Shown here piece after piece: positions 48,908 through 58,585 of a stretch of DNA of 64,000 bases. The stretch's first letter is position 1; each line of letters opens with the position of its first letter. This DNA comes from an uncultured bacterium. GTDB lineage: Bacteria; Planctomycetota; UBA1135; GCA-002686595. The stretch is from assembly GCA_943787795.1 (NCBI GenBank), contig CALSNU010000001.1, positions 1,376,001-1,440,000 on the forward strand, written 5' to 3'. The notes beneath the pieces were generated by a model, which was not told where the DNA came from, made no database searches, and saw nothing but the letters and a program-made list of their open reading frames with translations. The translations under genes were made by a program, and so were the position numbers.

Positions 48908-50500
48908 ATGATTCGATTCTCCCTCGTCGCTCTCACCGCCCTGCTCTGCCTCGGATCGGTCGCCGCAGCTGCGCCCGTTGTCTCTCCCACGGCGAGCTCG
49001 GCGCCAGCCGGCTGGTCCCCGCAGGACGAGGAGATCGTCAAGGAGTTCAAGAAGTACTTCCGCAAGTACAAGGACCCCGATGCCCGCACGGAGGCCGTGC
49101 TCGCGCTCCTCGGCGCCGAGACCGCCGGCGTGGTCGAGGTGCTCGTGCCCGTGCTCGGGGACAAGGAGCCAGAGGTGAGGCGGGCGGCCGCGCGAGTCCT
49201 GGCGAGCTTCGAGACGCGGCCGCCGGTCGACGCGCTGATCGCGCGTATGGAGAAGGAGAAGAAGGAGCCCGTTCGACTCGGGTTGCTGGAGGCGATGCGG
49301 GCGGGCAAGTACACGGCGCTGGGTGAGCCCGTGGTGGAGGCCCTGGAGGATCGCGGCTGGGCAGTTCGCAGGATGGCGGTGCTCGCCCTCGCGGCCGGGG
49401 GCGACCCTGCCGTGGTGCCGGTGATCGCTCCGCTGGGGGGAGACGAGGAGCCTGCGGTGCGCTGCGCGGTCCTCGACTCGCTCGCCGCGCTGGGCGCGGA
49501 CGGCGCGGCCACGCTTGGGGCGGCCTTGATCAACGACGAGACCTGGCAGGTGCGAGCCTCCGCGATCGCCGCCCTGGGGAAGGTCCGGCGCACCTCGTCC
49601 ATTCCGATCCTGATCGAGCGCTACAAGGTCGAGGAGGGGCGGTTGCAAGTGGACGCGGCCGACTCGCTGACCAAGCTCACGGGAAAGGCATACGGCATGC
49701 GGATCGAGCTCTGGGAGCGCTTCTGGAACAGCTATAGCGACCGCTATGAGATCCCGACCGATGAGGAGATGAAGAAGCTCGAGGAGGCGCGCGCCAAGGC
49801 GAACCAGAAGTACAGCATCCAGAACGCCTCGAACTTCGTCGGGGTGGAGACGCCGAGCCGCTCGATCCTCTTCGTGATTGACGTCTCCGGATCCATGGAG
49901 GATCTGGTGGTGGACCGGGAGCAGTTCCAGGAGGGCGCCTATCCCTCCTGGGCGCGCATGGACATCGTGAAGACGGAGCTTGCGCGGACCATCGAGGGGC
50001 TCGAGCCCTACGTGAAGTTCGGGATCATCTCCTTCGCCACGGGCACCAAGCGCTGGAAGAAGAAGCTCGTGCCCGCCAACGTGGTCAACAAGTCCAGCGC
50101 CCTGGACTTCGTGAAGAAGCTCGAGCCGCTCGGGGGCAACAGCAAGCTGGACCTGCCCCTCGGAGGCCTCGGGGCCGGACCGGACCTCTCGGCGGGCAAG
50201 ACAAACACCTACGGGGCGCTGGCCCAGGCCCTCGGGATCGAGGACGGAAAGTCGCGGGCGCCCAAGTCCGGCTCGAAGGAGCAGTACACCGTCGAGGTGG
50301 ACACCGTGTTCTTCCTCTCGGACGGCAGGCCGACCTTCGGGAAGTACATCGAGACCCGAGAGATCCTGGACCGGATCACCGAGGGCAACCTCCTCCGGAA
50401 GGTCGTCCTCCACACGATCGCCATCGGCAACTTCGACAAGGGGTTCATGAGGAGCCTCGCCGTGAAGAACGGCGGGGTCTTTGTGGACCTCGGAAAGTAG
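48908..50500 (+). CDS. Secreted HEAT-repeat plus vWA domain protein
   Basis: Signal peptide; (D/E)..VR..A..AL HEAT repeats; MIDAS DVSGSM ... T ... LSDG. Confidence 0.88.
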   Translation: MIRFSLVALTALLCLGSVAAAAPVVSPTASSAPAGWSPQDEEIVKEFKKYFRKYKDPDARTEAVLALLGAETAGVVEVLVPVLGDKEPEVRRAAARVLASFETRPPVDALIARMEKEKKEPVRLGLLEAMRAGKYTALGEPVVEALEDRGWAVRRMAVLALAAGGDPAVVPVIAPLGGDEEPAVRCAVLDSLAALGADGAATLGAALINDETWQVRASAIAALGKVRRTSSIPILIERYKVEEGRLQVDAADSLTKLTGKAYGMRIELWERFWNSYSDRYEIPTDEEMKKLEEARAKANQKYSIQNASNFVGVETPSRSILFVIDVSGSMEDLVVDREQFQEGAYPSWARMDIVKTELARTIEGLEPYVKFGIISFATGTKRWKKKLVPANVVNKSSALDFVKKLEPLGGNSKLDLPLGGLGAGPDLSAGKTNTYGALAQALGIEDGKSRAPKSGSKEQYTVEVDTVFFLSDGRPTFGKYIETREILDRITEGNLLRKVVLHTIAIGNFDKGFMRSLAVKNGGVFVDLGK

Positions 50501-50549
50501 GGTTCTGAGCCATCCTGCGCCTCCGGAGCGAGGTGCGGGCTTCCGGAGG

Positions 50550-50578
50550 TTGACCTCCCGCCCTGGCGTCCCTACATT
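50550..50578 (+). promoter_or_regulatory. Sigma70-like promoter of tRNA-Pro
   Basis: TTGACC-17 bp-TACATT, 11 nt before the tRNA. Confidence 0.7.
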
Positions 50579-50589
50579 CCTCGCCCTGT

Positions 50590-50666
<77 letters not shown>

Positions 50667-50845
50667 CCCTTCTTTCTTGGGTGGTCCCCCCCCGGCTCTT
50701 CGCTGGCTCTTCGCTGGCCCCTCCCAGGCCCACCCTGGCGACCTGCCGTGGGCTGGACGGCTGGACGGCTGACCGGAGTGGATGTCGCTGGCGACCCGCG
50801 AGGTGCCGCTGGGGAACGACCAGGCCCCACTGGAGGCCCGCCAGT

Positions 50846-50897
50846 GACCTCGAGGCGGGACCTCGAGGCGGGACCTCGCGGTGGGACCTCGCACGGA
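50846..50897. repeat. 13-bp tandem repeat x4 (GACCTCGAGGCGG, degenerating)
   Basis: Two perfect copies plus two degenerate copies. Confidence 0.8.
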
Positions 50898-50975
50898 CCC
50901 ACCTTGGGCCCTGGATGGGCTCCAGCGAGCTGGACTCGTCGTTCGAGGACGATGCCGGTGACGGAGAAGAGCGCC

Positions 50976-51014
50976 CTGCCGGCCCCCTCTGCCGGCCCCC
51001 TCTGCCGGCCCCCT
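50976..51014. repeat. 13-bp tandem repeat x3 (CTGCCGGCCCCCT)
   Basis: Three perfect copies. Confidence 0.85.
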
Positions 51015-51231
51015 GCCTTGCGGTGACGACCCCGGTCGGGGGAGCTGGCGCGAGTGGGCGCCCGGAACAGGCCGCTGCGAATCGCTGACGGCGACGAGGC
51101 TCTCCTTGGGGTTTCGACCTGCCCCCGGCGGATGGCGGGCCCGGATCCCCCTGGAATCTCCTCCTGGGGCTCCTGAAGGGGCCCTCAGGTCGATCCAGGG
51201 CACCAGGGAGGGCGCCGTCCGGCTCTGACGC

Positions 51232-51260
51232 TTGCAATGGCTGGAGTGGGGGTCCAGACT
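51232..51260 (+). promoter_or_regulatory. Putative rho promoter
   Basis: TTGCAA-17 bp-CAGACT, about 285 nt upstream of the rho start. Confidence 0.45.
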
Positions 51261-51544
51261 CTGGAGGTGGCGCGAGACCCCAGGGGTCAGCGCCGAGGTC
51301 CCTGATCGGCCTGGCCGGCGTTCGCCTGCCCGCCGCAGCGGGACCTCCGCCCCCCCGCGGGGCCACCTGTCGAGCGAGACGTTCAACGTCCCCCGTTCGA
51401 TCGTTCCCCGCGACCAGAGGCCACTGCCTCGACCTGGCCAGCCCTCGTGCTGGCTGATCCTCAGTCGCTCGCGGCTCCGCTGCGCCGGCCCCGGATGGCC
51501 CCCTGCCCTCCGACTCGCACCGTGTCTCCCCGAGACCCATTCAC

Positions 51545-53560
51545 GTGACATCGAAAGACTCCACCAGCGCTGACGGGACCCTGCCCTTCGGGGCGATCTC
51601 TGACGGGGCCGAGGCTCCTCGCAAGAAGAAGAAGGTCACGCGCAAGAAGAAGGCGGCCCCCAAGGCGGCCCCCAAATCCCGTCGTTCCGACGACGAGGGC
51701 GCTGATGGAGGAGAAGGGGAGGCCAGCCCCGCTCCGCGCAAGAAGCGAGCGTCCAAGAAGACGGCCTCGAAGAAGACTGCGGTGGAGAAGGCACCCGCCG
51801 AGGCGCCCGACGCTGGAGCGAGCGACGCTCCCGAGCCGCTCGTTGAGGGCGCCGAGGCCCGCGAAGACGGGTCGTCGGATGGCGAGGGGCGCAAGCGTCG
51901 GACCCGTCGCGGCCGTCGTCGCCGTGGTGGAGAGGATGACGCCGGAGTAGACGCTGGGGCGGACGCTGGCTCCGATTCCGGCCAGGAAGGCCGCGCAGAA
52001 ACCACCCGCGGCGAAGAGTCCACAGCGGACTCCGGAGCTGGCCGAGCCTCCGGGAGGGGCGCGGCCCGTGACCGTGATGCCGAGGGCGAGGGGCGCGACG
52101 ACGACCGCGGCCGCCAAGAGGGTCGTGACCGGGACGCCGAGGGTCGTGATGAGGGGCAGGGCGACCGCCCGGGCCGCCGGCGCCGTCGGCGGCGTCGAGG
52201 CAAGAAGAACACAGAGGGTGACGGCGAGAGCCGTCCGAAGGAGGGCGGCGAGAGCGCCGACGCCTCCTCCTCCGCGCCCGCCGCGGACGGAGAGGAGGGT
52301 GGGGGCCGGTCCCGTCGGCGCCGCCGCAATCGAAACAAGAACAAGGATCGCCAGGGTGACCGTGACGAGGGCCGCAGCGAGGGAAGCGGCGAGGGAGGTC
52401 GCGATGGCGGCCGCAACCGAGGCGGCGAGGCAGACTCCGACGCCGCCCCCACGACGGGCACGGGCATGTTCATCCTCGACAAGGGCAACGTCTCCGTGCT
52501 CCGCCAGAAGGAGGCCGGATACCTCTCCTCGAAGAAGGACATCTACGTCTCCAAGAGCCTCGTCCAGAAGCACAAGCTCCGGGACGGGATGATGATCTCC
52601 GGGCCGGTGCGACGCGGGTACAAGCACAAGCTCGAGCTCGGCGCAGTGGAGGAGGTGGACGGCCACCCGCCCAAGCACTGGGACAAGAAGCCGACGTTCC
52701 AGAACCTCACGAGCGTCGACCCTGACTTCCACTACGCGGTGGGAGACGTGACCGATAACGTCTCCATGCGCGTGGTCGACCTGATCTCGCCCATCGGGCG
52801 CGGCCAGCGAGGCCTCCTCGTCGCGCCTCCGCGTACGGGCAAGACCACGATCATGCGCGAGTTCGCGGCGGGCATCGAGAAGGGCTACCCCGACGTGCAC
52901 CTGATGGTGCTGCTCATCGACGAGCGGCCCGAGGAGGCCACCGAGTGGCGGCGCAGCGTGGAGCACGGCGAGGTCTTCGTGTCCACCGCCGACGAGACCA
53001 GCAAGCACCACATCCAGGTGGCCGAGGTCGTCTGGAAGCGCGCCATGCGCATGGTCGAGATGGGGGAGGACGTGATCCTCCTGCTCGACTCGATCACACG
53101 CCTCGCCCGGGCTTACAACAACAACGCGGGGCCGGGCAAGACCATGTCCGGCGGCCTGGATAGCCGGGCCATGGAGCGTCCGCGGAAGATCTTCGGATCG
53201 GCGCGAAACACCGTGGAAGCGGGCAGCCTGACGATCCTGGGGACGACCCTGGTGGAGACGGGGAGCCGCCTCGACCAGCTGGTGTTCGAGGAGTTCAAGG
53301 GCACCGGCAACATGGAGCTGATGCTCAACCGCAAGCTCTCGGACCGCCGGATCTTCCCGGCCATCGACATCGAGAAGTCCGGCACCCGCAAGGAGGAGAA
53401 GCTTGTGGGCATGAAGCGCCTGAAGCAGATCCACATTTTGCGGCGCGTGCTGGCCCGCATGCACTTCGCCGAGGCCGCGGAGCTCCTGATCTCGAGGCTC
53501 ATGGACGTCGAGAAGACCACCGACTTCCTGGACCGATTCTCCGTCGACCCCGAGGATTGA
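51545..53560 (+). CDS. rho: Transcription termination factor Rho with ~300-aa disordered N-terminus
   Basis: DIYVS, PIGRGQRGL, APPRTGKT, LIDERPEE, LLDSITRLARAYN, EEFKGTGNMEL, SGTRKEE. Confidence 0.95.
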   Translation: MTSKDSTSADGTLPFGAISDGAEAPRKKKKVTRKKKAAPKAAPKSRRSDDEGADGGEGEASPAPRKKRASKKTASKKTAVEKAPAEAPDAGASDAPEPLVEGAEAREDGSSDGEGRKRRTRRGRRRRGGEDDAGVDAGADAGSDSGQEGRAETTRGEESTADSGAGRASGRGAARDRDAEGEGRDDDRGRQEGRDRDAEGRDEGQGDRPGRRRRRRRRGKKNTEGDGESRPKEGGESADASSSAPAADGEEGGGRSRRRRRNRNKNKDRQGDRDEGRSEGSGEGGRDGGRNRGGEADSDAAPTTGTGMFILDKGNVSVLRQKEAGYLSSKKDIYVSKSLVQKHKLRDGMMISGPVRRGYKHKLELGAVEEVDGHPPKHWDKKPTFQNLTSVDPDFHYAVGDVTDNVSMRVVDLISPIGRGQRGLLVAPPRTGKTTIMREFAAGIEKGYPDVHLMVLLIDERPEEATEWRRSVEHGEVFVSTADETSKHHIQVAEVVWKRAMRMVEMGEDVILLLDSITRLARAYNNNAGPGKTMSGGLDSRAMERPRKIFGSARNTVEAGSLTILGTTLVETGSRLDQLVFEEFKGTGNMELMLNRKLSDRRIFPAIDIEKSGTRKEEKLVGMKRLKQIHILRRVLARMHFAEAAELLISRLMDVEKTTDFLDRFSVDPED

Positions 53561-53669
53561 GCCGGTAGTGCGTAGCGAGGGAGCTGAGCGCCCGCGGGTG
53601 ACTGCAGGCGCCTGAAGGCGCCAGCAGGCCATCGGGACGGTCCGAGCGCCATTCCTCCACCTCCTCACC

Positions 53670-54719
53670 ATGACCACAGACCCCACCTCCACCGTGGCAG
53701 CGCCCTCCAGCGCGGCCGCCCCGGCTGCGTCCGGGGCATCGGAGCCGCCGATGATCGTGGCAGAGGGACTCTCCAAGTCCTTCGGCCCGGTCCACGCGGT
53801 GAAGGGCGTGTCGTTCACGGTCGCGCGGGGGGAGCTGGTGGGCTTCCTCGGGCCCAACGGCGCGGGCAAGTCCACCACCATGAAGATGCTCACGGGGTCG
53901 CTCCTTCCTGATGGTGGGCGGGCCTCGATCGCCGGCGTCCCGCTGGACGGCCGCGCCCTCGGGGCGCGCGCCGCCGTGGGCTACCTGCCCGAGCACACGC
54001 CGCTCTACCGCGAGATGCGGGTGCGCCCCTACCTCGAGTTCGTGGGCGAGGTCCACGGCATGGGGGGCCGCGCGCGCCGCGACGCCCTGGAGCGCGTCAT
54101 CGCCTCCTGTGACCTCGAGGGCTACGTCGGGCGGCGGATCCACACGCTCTCGAAGGGCTATCGCCAGCGCGTGGGCCTCGCCCAGGCGCTCTTCACCGAC
54201 CCCGACGTGCTGGTGCTCGACGAGCCCACCAGCGGCCTTGACCCCGCGGAGATCGTCAGGATCCGCGACCTGGTCGTGGACCTCGCGCGCTCGAAGACGA
54301 TCCTCCTCTCCACCCACGTCCTCCCCGAGGTGGAGGAGGTCTGCCGCCGGGTGCTGATCATCGCCGGCGGTGAGCTGGTGGCGGACGGTCCGCTCCACGA
54401 GCTGGCCGAGGACTCGGCCGACGCGATCGTGGTCGTGGTGGGGTCGGCCGAGACGCCCGCCGAACGAATCGCCGGTTCCCTGGCAGCCTGCGATGGCGCG
54501 AGCGCCGCTCGCGGGACCTTTGACGGGATCCGCACCCGAGTGCACGTGACCCTGGAGCGGGGGGCCGACCGCCACGCCCTGGCCGAGGCCCTCGCCCGCG
54601 CCGTGCACGACGCCGGGTGGTCCCTGCAGGAGCTCCGTCACGAGGTCCCGACCCTCGAGCGGGTGTTCCTCGAGCGCACGCGCCAGCTGGCGGCAACGGG
54701 CGGGGGCAGCGCGAAATGA
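53670..54719 (+). CDS. ABC transporter ATP-binding protein (GldA-like)
   Basis: GPNGAGKST, LSKGYRQR, VLDEP, LSTH. Confidence 0.92.
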   Translation: MTTDPTSTVAAPSSAAAPAASGASEPPMIVAEGLSKSFGPVHAVKGVSFTVARGELVGFLGPNGAGKSTTMKMLTGSLLPDGGRASIAGVPLDGRALGARAAVGYLPEHTPLYREMRVRPYLEFVGEVHGMGGRARRDALERVIASCDLEGYVGRRIHTLSKGYRQRVGLAQALFTDPDVLVLDEPTSGLDPAEIVRIRDLVVDLARSKTILLSTHVLPEVEEVCRRVLIIAGGELVADGPLHELAEDSADAIVVVVGSAETPAERIAGSLAACDGASAARGTFDGIRTRVHVTLERGADRHALAEALARAVHDAGWSLQELRHEVPTLERVFLERTRQLAATGGGSAK

Positions 54720-55486
54720 GCTCTCGTCCCCGTGCCTTGGCCGGTGTGCTGCCGTTTGCGCGGCGCGAGCTCCGGAGCGCCTTCGAATCGCCGGTCGCGT
54801 ACGTGGCCATTGGCCTCTTCGTGCTCGTGCTGCCTGCGCTGTTCTTCTTCCTCGGCTACCCCGTCGGGCGCACGCCGCTGCCCGGCCTTTGGGAGGGCGG
54901 GCAGGCGAGCCTGATCGTGCTCTTCTACTGGCTGCCGCTCCTGCTGGCCCTGGTGGTGCCGGCGCTCAGCATGGGGGCCTGGGCCGAGGAGCGACGGGCG
55001 GGGACGGAGGAGCTCCTGCTCACCTACCCCGTCCGAACCGGGGCCGTGGTGCTCGGCAAGTTCCTGGCGACGTGGACCCTCACGATGCTCATGGTCACCC
55101 TCGCGGTGCTCTCCGCCGCGCTGACCGTGGGGTTCCTCGGGGACCTGGACTGGAACACCGTCGTCGCCGGGCTCGTCGGCGCAGCGTGGCTGTGCGCCGG
55201 CTACGCCTCCGTGGCGCTCTTCCTCTCGGCGGTGAGCTCGGAGCAGCTGGTCGCCTTCCTCCTGGGCGCCCTGGCCCTGGGCCTGCTCTGGGCGCTGCCC
55301 CTGCTCGTGCGCGTGCTCCCCGGCGGAGCTGCAGGCGCCCTCGAGGCCGCCAGCCCCACGACCCACTTCCTCGGCAGCGCCGCCCGCGGCGTGCTCGACC
55401 TCTCTGACCTCATCTACTTCGTGCTGCTCACGGCCCTCGGGCTCGTGGCCAACACCCTGGCCGTGGAGCGACGTCGATGGAGATGA
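54716..55486 (+). CDS. ABC-2 permease (GldF-like)
   Basis: RELRSAFESPVAY, AEERRAGTEELLLTYP, VLGKF; multiple TM helices. Confidence 0.88.
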   Translation: MSSRPRALAGVLPFARRELRSAFESPVAYVAIGLFVLVLPALFFFLGYPVGRTPLPGLWEGGQASLIVLFYWLPLLLALVVPALSMGAWAEERRAGTEELLLTYPVRTGAVVLGKFLATWTLTMLMVTLAVLSAALTVGFLGDLDWNTVVAGLVGAAWLCAGYASVALFLSAVSSEQLVAFLLGALALGLLWALPLLVRVLPGGAAGALEAASPTTHFLGSAARGVLDLSDLIYFVLLTALGLVANTLAVERRRWR

Positions 55487-57324
55487 CCCCCCGAAGCGCT
55501 CCCGACGCGCCGCCCCTGGCCCACGCCGGTCGGCGGGTGCTGCGGGTCAACGCGGCCCTCACCCTTGGGCTCCTGGTCCTGATCGCGGTGCTGGGTAACG
55601 TCCTCGCCGCGCGCCACCTCGGCCAGCGGGTGGACCTCAGCGCGGACCAGCTCAACGCCATCTCCGACGCGACGCAGCGCGTGGTGGACCGGGTGGAGGA
55701 CCGCCTCACCGTGCGCCTCTTCGCCAACCAGGAGGTCGCGGACGGACGCCTGGCCCTGCGCGGTGCCCGGATTCGCGCGCAGTTGGAGGAGATCCTGGGC
55801 CTGCGCCCCGAGGTCTTTGACCTGCAGGTGCTCGATCCCGCGCGCTCCTCCGAGGCGAGGCGGCAGGCGCGGGAGGCGCGGCTGCAGCCCCAGCGCGCGG
55901 GCCGCGGCGGGCTGGGACAGGCGGGCGAGGAGGAGGTCTGGCTCGGGCTCGTACTCGGCTATCGCGGCCGTACCGAGATCATCACCACCCCCGAGCCCTG
56001 GCGCTTCGAGGTGCAGATGGCCAGCGCCCTGCACGCGCTCCTGAGCGACCGGAAGATCGGCATCGGCTGGATCGGCGAGCCCTTCGAGGTGGCGCCGGAC
56101 TCCGAGACGGCGGCGCTGGAGCGTTGGGAGTCGACCTTCGGCGTCATCCGAGGCGCCCTCAGCCGCCGCGCGCGCATCGCCCAGCTCCCCGGGCTCGCCA
56201 CCGGGAACCGCGTGCCCGATGACGTGGACGTGATCTTCATGGTGCGGCCCGGCGCCATGCACGAGCGCGAGGTCTACGCCATCGACCAGTTCGTCCAGCG
56301 CGGCGGTCGGCTGGTCGTGTGCCTCGATGACCCCGACTACAACCTCGCCTACCCCCGGGCCGACGTGGCGCCCGAGGAGTTCGAGGGGTCACCCCTCGCC
56401 CAGCTCCTGGACTCCTGGGGCATCAGGGTCGCCGCCAAGCACGTCTGGGACGACGCCTGGAAGACCGACAGGATCACCCTCTCGGCGGTGGGCGGTCAGC
56501 TCCGCCAGGGTGTGATCAGCGACCCCCTGGTGATCACCGTGCCGCCCGAGGGGCTCGCCACGGACCTCCCTCCGACCCGGGGCCTGCCCGGCGTGGCGTT
56601 CGCCTGGGCGCACCCGCTGTTCCCCGAGGAGCTTGCGCCCACGCCCCCCGGCGTCTATCGCGCGGACCTCGCGTGGTCGTCGGAGGGCGCCTACCTCACC
56701 GACGTGGCGCCGCGGCTGACCACCGACCCCGGCGGGCTCCGGAGCCTGCGCATGGCGCTGCGCAACGGCACGGCCGGCCGGCGCACTCTGGCCGCGGTGT
56801 TCAGCGGCCTGTTCCCCTCGCCCTGGGCGGGGCGGGAGGCCCCCGCGCCCCTCGACCCCCTCGGCCTCGGGCGAGCGCAGGATGAGCCGGCGCCGGTCTC
56901 CGCCGTGACCACCTCCCAGGTGGTGGTGTTCGGGGACGCCGACTGGCTGCGGGACCCGCGCCCCGAGGGCACCTTCGTTCAGGCGGGCGGTGGTGTGCTG
57001 GCGGTCAATCTCGTGGACTGGCTGACCCTCGATGAGGACCTCATCGGGCTGCGCTCCCGCGCGCCGCGGCTGCGCCCCCTGCGAGACTTCGTGGCGGAGC
57101 AGGAGCTCGCCCTCGGCCTCTTCGAGGAGGACGTCTATCCCACCGAGGCGGAGCGCATCGAGGCCAGCCGCAAGGGCGACCTCGCCCGCCGCCGCGCGCG
57201 CCGGCAGCAGTGGCTCACCATGCTCGCGCCGGCCCTCTCCGCGCTCGTGGTCGTGGCCCTGTTCGGCGTCCTGTGGAACGGCATGGCGCGCCGCCGCGCC
57301 GAGCCGGTAGGAGAGCGCCAATGA
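55483..57324 (+). CDS. GldG family ABC auxiliary protein
   Basis: N-terminal TM, RVDLS...ISDAT, IDQFVQRGG, VVFGDAD, NLVDWL, LIGLRSR, C-terminal TM. Confidence 0.85.
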   Translation: MTPRSAPDAPPLAHAGRRVLRVNAALTLGLLVLIAVLGNVLAARHLGQRVDLSADQLNAISDATQRVVDRVEDRLTVRLFANQEVADGRLALRGARIRAQLEEILGLRPEVFDLQVLDPARSSEARRQAREARLQPQRAGRGGLGQAGEEEVWLGLVLGYRGRTEIITTPEPWRFEVQMASALHALLSDRKIGIGWIGEPFEVAPDSETAALERWESTFGVIRGALSRRARIAQLPGLATGNRVPDDVDVIFMVRPGAMHEREVYAIDQFVQRGGRLVVCLDDPDYNLAYPRADVAPEEFEGSPLAQLLDSWGIRVAAKHVWDDAWKTDRITLSAVGGQLRQGVISDPLVITVPPEGLATDLPPTRGLPGVAFAWAHPLFPEELAPTPPGVYRADLAWSSEGAYLTDVAPRLTTDPGGLRSLRMALRNGTAGRRTLAAVFSGLFPSPWAGREAPAPLDPLGLGRAQDEPAPVSAVTTSQVVVFGDADWLRDPRPEGTFVQAGGGVLAVNLVDWLTLDEDLIGLRSRAPRLRPLRDFVAEQELALGLFEEDVYPTEAERIEASRKGDLARRRARRQQWLTMLAPALSALVVVALFGVLWNGMARRRAEPVGERQ

Positions 57325-58313
57325 TTGCCTCCGTCCTGCCCCTCAACCGGTGGCTGTTGGCCATCGCGGTGGCGCTCGGTGTGGCCCTTGCCGCCCTCGA
57401 AGGGGGCGGCATCGAGGAGCGCGCAGTGGAGCCGCTCTTCCCGGGCTTCGACGGGGCCCGCGCCGTCGCGGTGGAGCTGAGCTCCCCCGTGGACGAGGCC
57501 TTCCCCGCGGTGACCATCCGCAGGGCCGAGGTGGGGGAGCCGTGGCGCATCGATCAGCTGTTCGGCGCCGCGGCCTCGCCGATCTTGCTGGACGTGTTCC
57601 TCTCGCGGGTGGGGGCCATGACCAACCTGGACCTGGTGAGCGATGACCCCGGCCGCATCGCGGAGTACGAGCTCGGCGAGGACGTGGCCACGCGGGTGGT
57701 GGTGCTCGGGGCGGCCCCCGACGACGAGGACGGCGCGACCCCCTCGTCTGATCCGGCGGCGACCACCATGCTGGACTTCTACGTGGCCACAGCATCGCCC
57801 ACGGCGGCCTTCGTCCGCAGGGCGGGTGAGGCCGAGGTGTTCCGCATCCCGCGCCTCCGTGTGCCGCCCACCCGGCCGTTCACCTGGTTCGGGCGCGCGT
57901 CGTTGGTGCCCTTCGAGAGCGTCCAGGTACGACAGGTGACCGCCTCCGGAGCAGCGGTGGGCGGCGAGCGTGTGCTGGTGCAGACCATGGAGCGCTTCGG
58001 CAGCTTCAAGAGCGGAAGCGGCGCCGAGGTCTCGGGGCAGCGAGCGCTCGATGTGCTCCAGCGCCTGCGGGCCCTGTTCCCGGTGGCGGTGGAGGGCGAG
58101 CGGGCGCCCGCCGACTTCCCCGGGGAGCGCGCGGCCTTCGTGGTCACGGTCGAGCAGGTCACCGGGGGCGAGCTGCAGCTCGCCTTCTCCGAGGCGGAGC
58201 TCGATGGCGCCACGAGGTGGCTGGCGCGACGGTCCACGGATCGCCTGATCCTCGAGTGTGACCCCACGGTCACCGCGGGCCTGGTGGCGGCGCTCCGGGC
58301 GCTGCCGGAGTGA
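57321..58313 (+). CDS. DUF4340-like membrane-anchored protein
   Basis: N-terminal TM, PLFP, (Y)ELG; customary fourth gene of GldA/F/G-like operons; ATGA overlap. Confidence 0.65.
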   Translation: MIASVLPLNRWLLAIAVALGVALAALEGGGIEERAVEPLFPGFDGARAVAVELSSPVDEAFPAVTIRRAEVGEPWRIDQLFGAAASPILLDVFLSRVGAMTNLDLVSDDPGRIAEYELGEDVATRVVVLGAAPDDEDGATPSSDPAATTMLDFYVATASPTAAFVRRAGEAEVFRIPRLRVPPTRPFTWFGRASLVPFESVQVRQVTASGAAVGGERVLVQTMERFGSFKSGSGAEVSGQRALDVLQRLRALFPVAVEGERAPADFPGERAAFVVTVEQVTGGELQLAFSEAELDGATRWLARRSTDRLILECDPTVTAGLVAALRALPE

Positions 58314-58585
58314 CGGCCCCCGCGACGTTCTGCGTGCCTCCCTCTGGGCGGCGCGGCAGGTGAGCGCACTCCGACCGTTGGACGCCGATTCGGCCACAGG
58401 ATCGCCCCTGGGCTCGCCGCGGCTCGGACTCCGTGATGACACCTGGGCCGACACCTGGAGCGGCGCAGTGGAGGCTCGGATCGAGGCCACGGAGGAGCCT
58501 GCCGCGAATCCATGGCACGCCGGGGCCCGGATCTGGGCCCCTCGCATGGTTCGGGGGGGCGGCGAGCGGTAACCTCTCGTCCGTC

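Noticed and set aside
50667..51230. Genomic island integrated at tRNA-Pro (also checked at tRNA-Val)
   Set aside because: No duplicated tRNA 3' end, integrase or compositional shift; only short tandem repeats.
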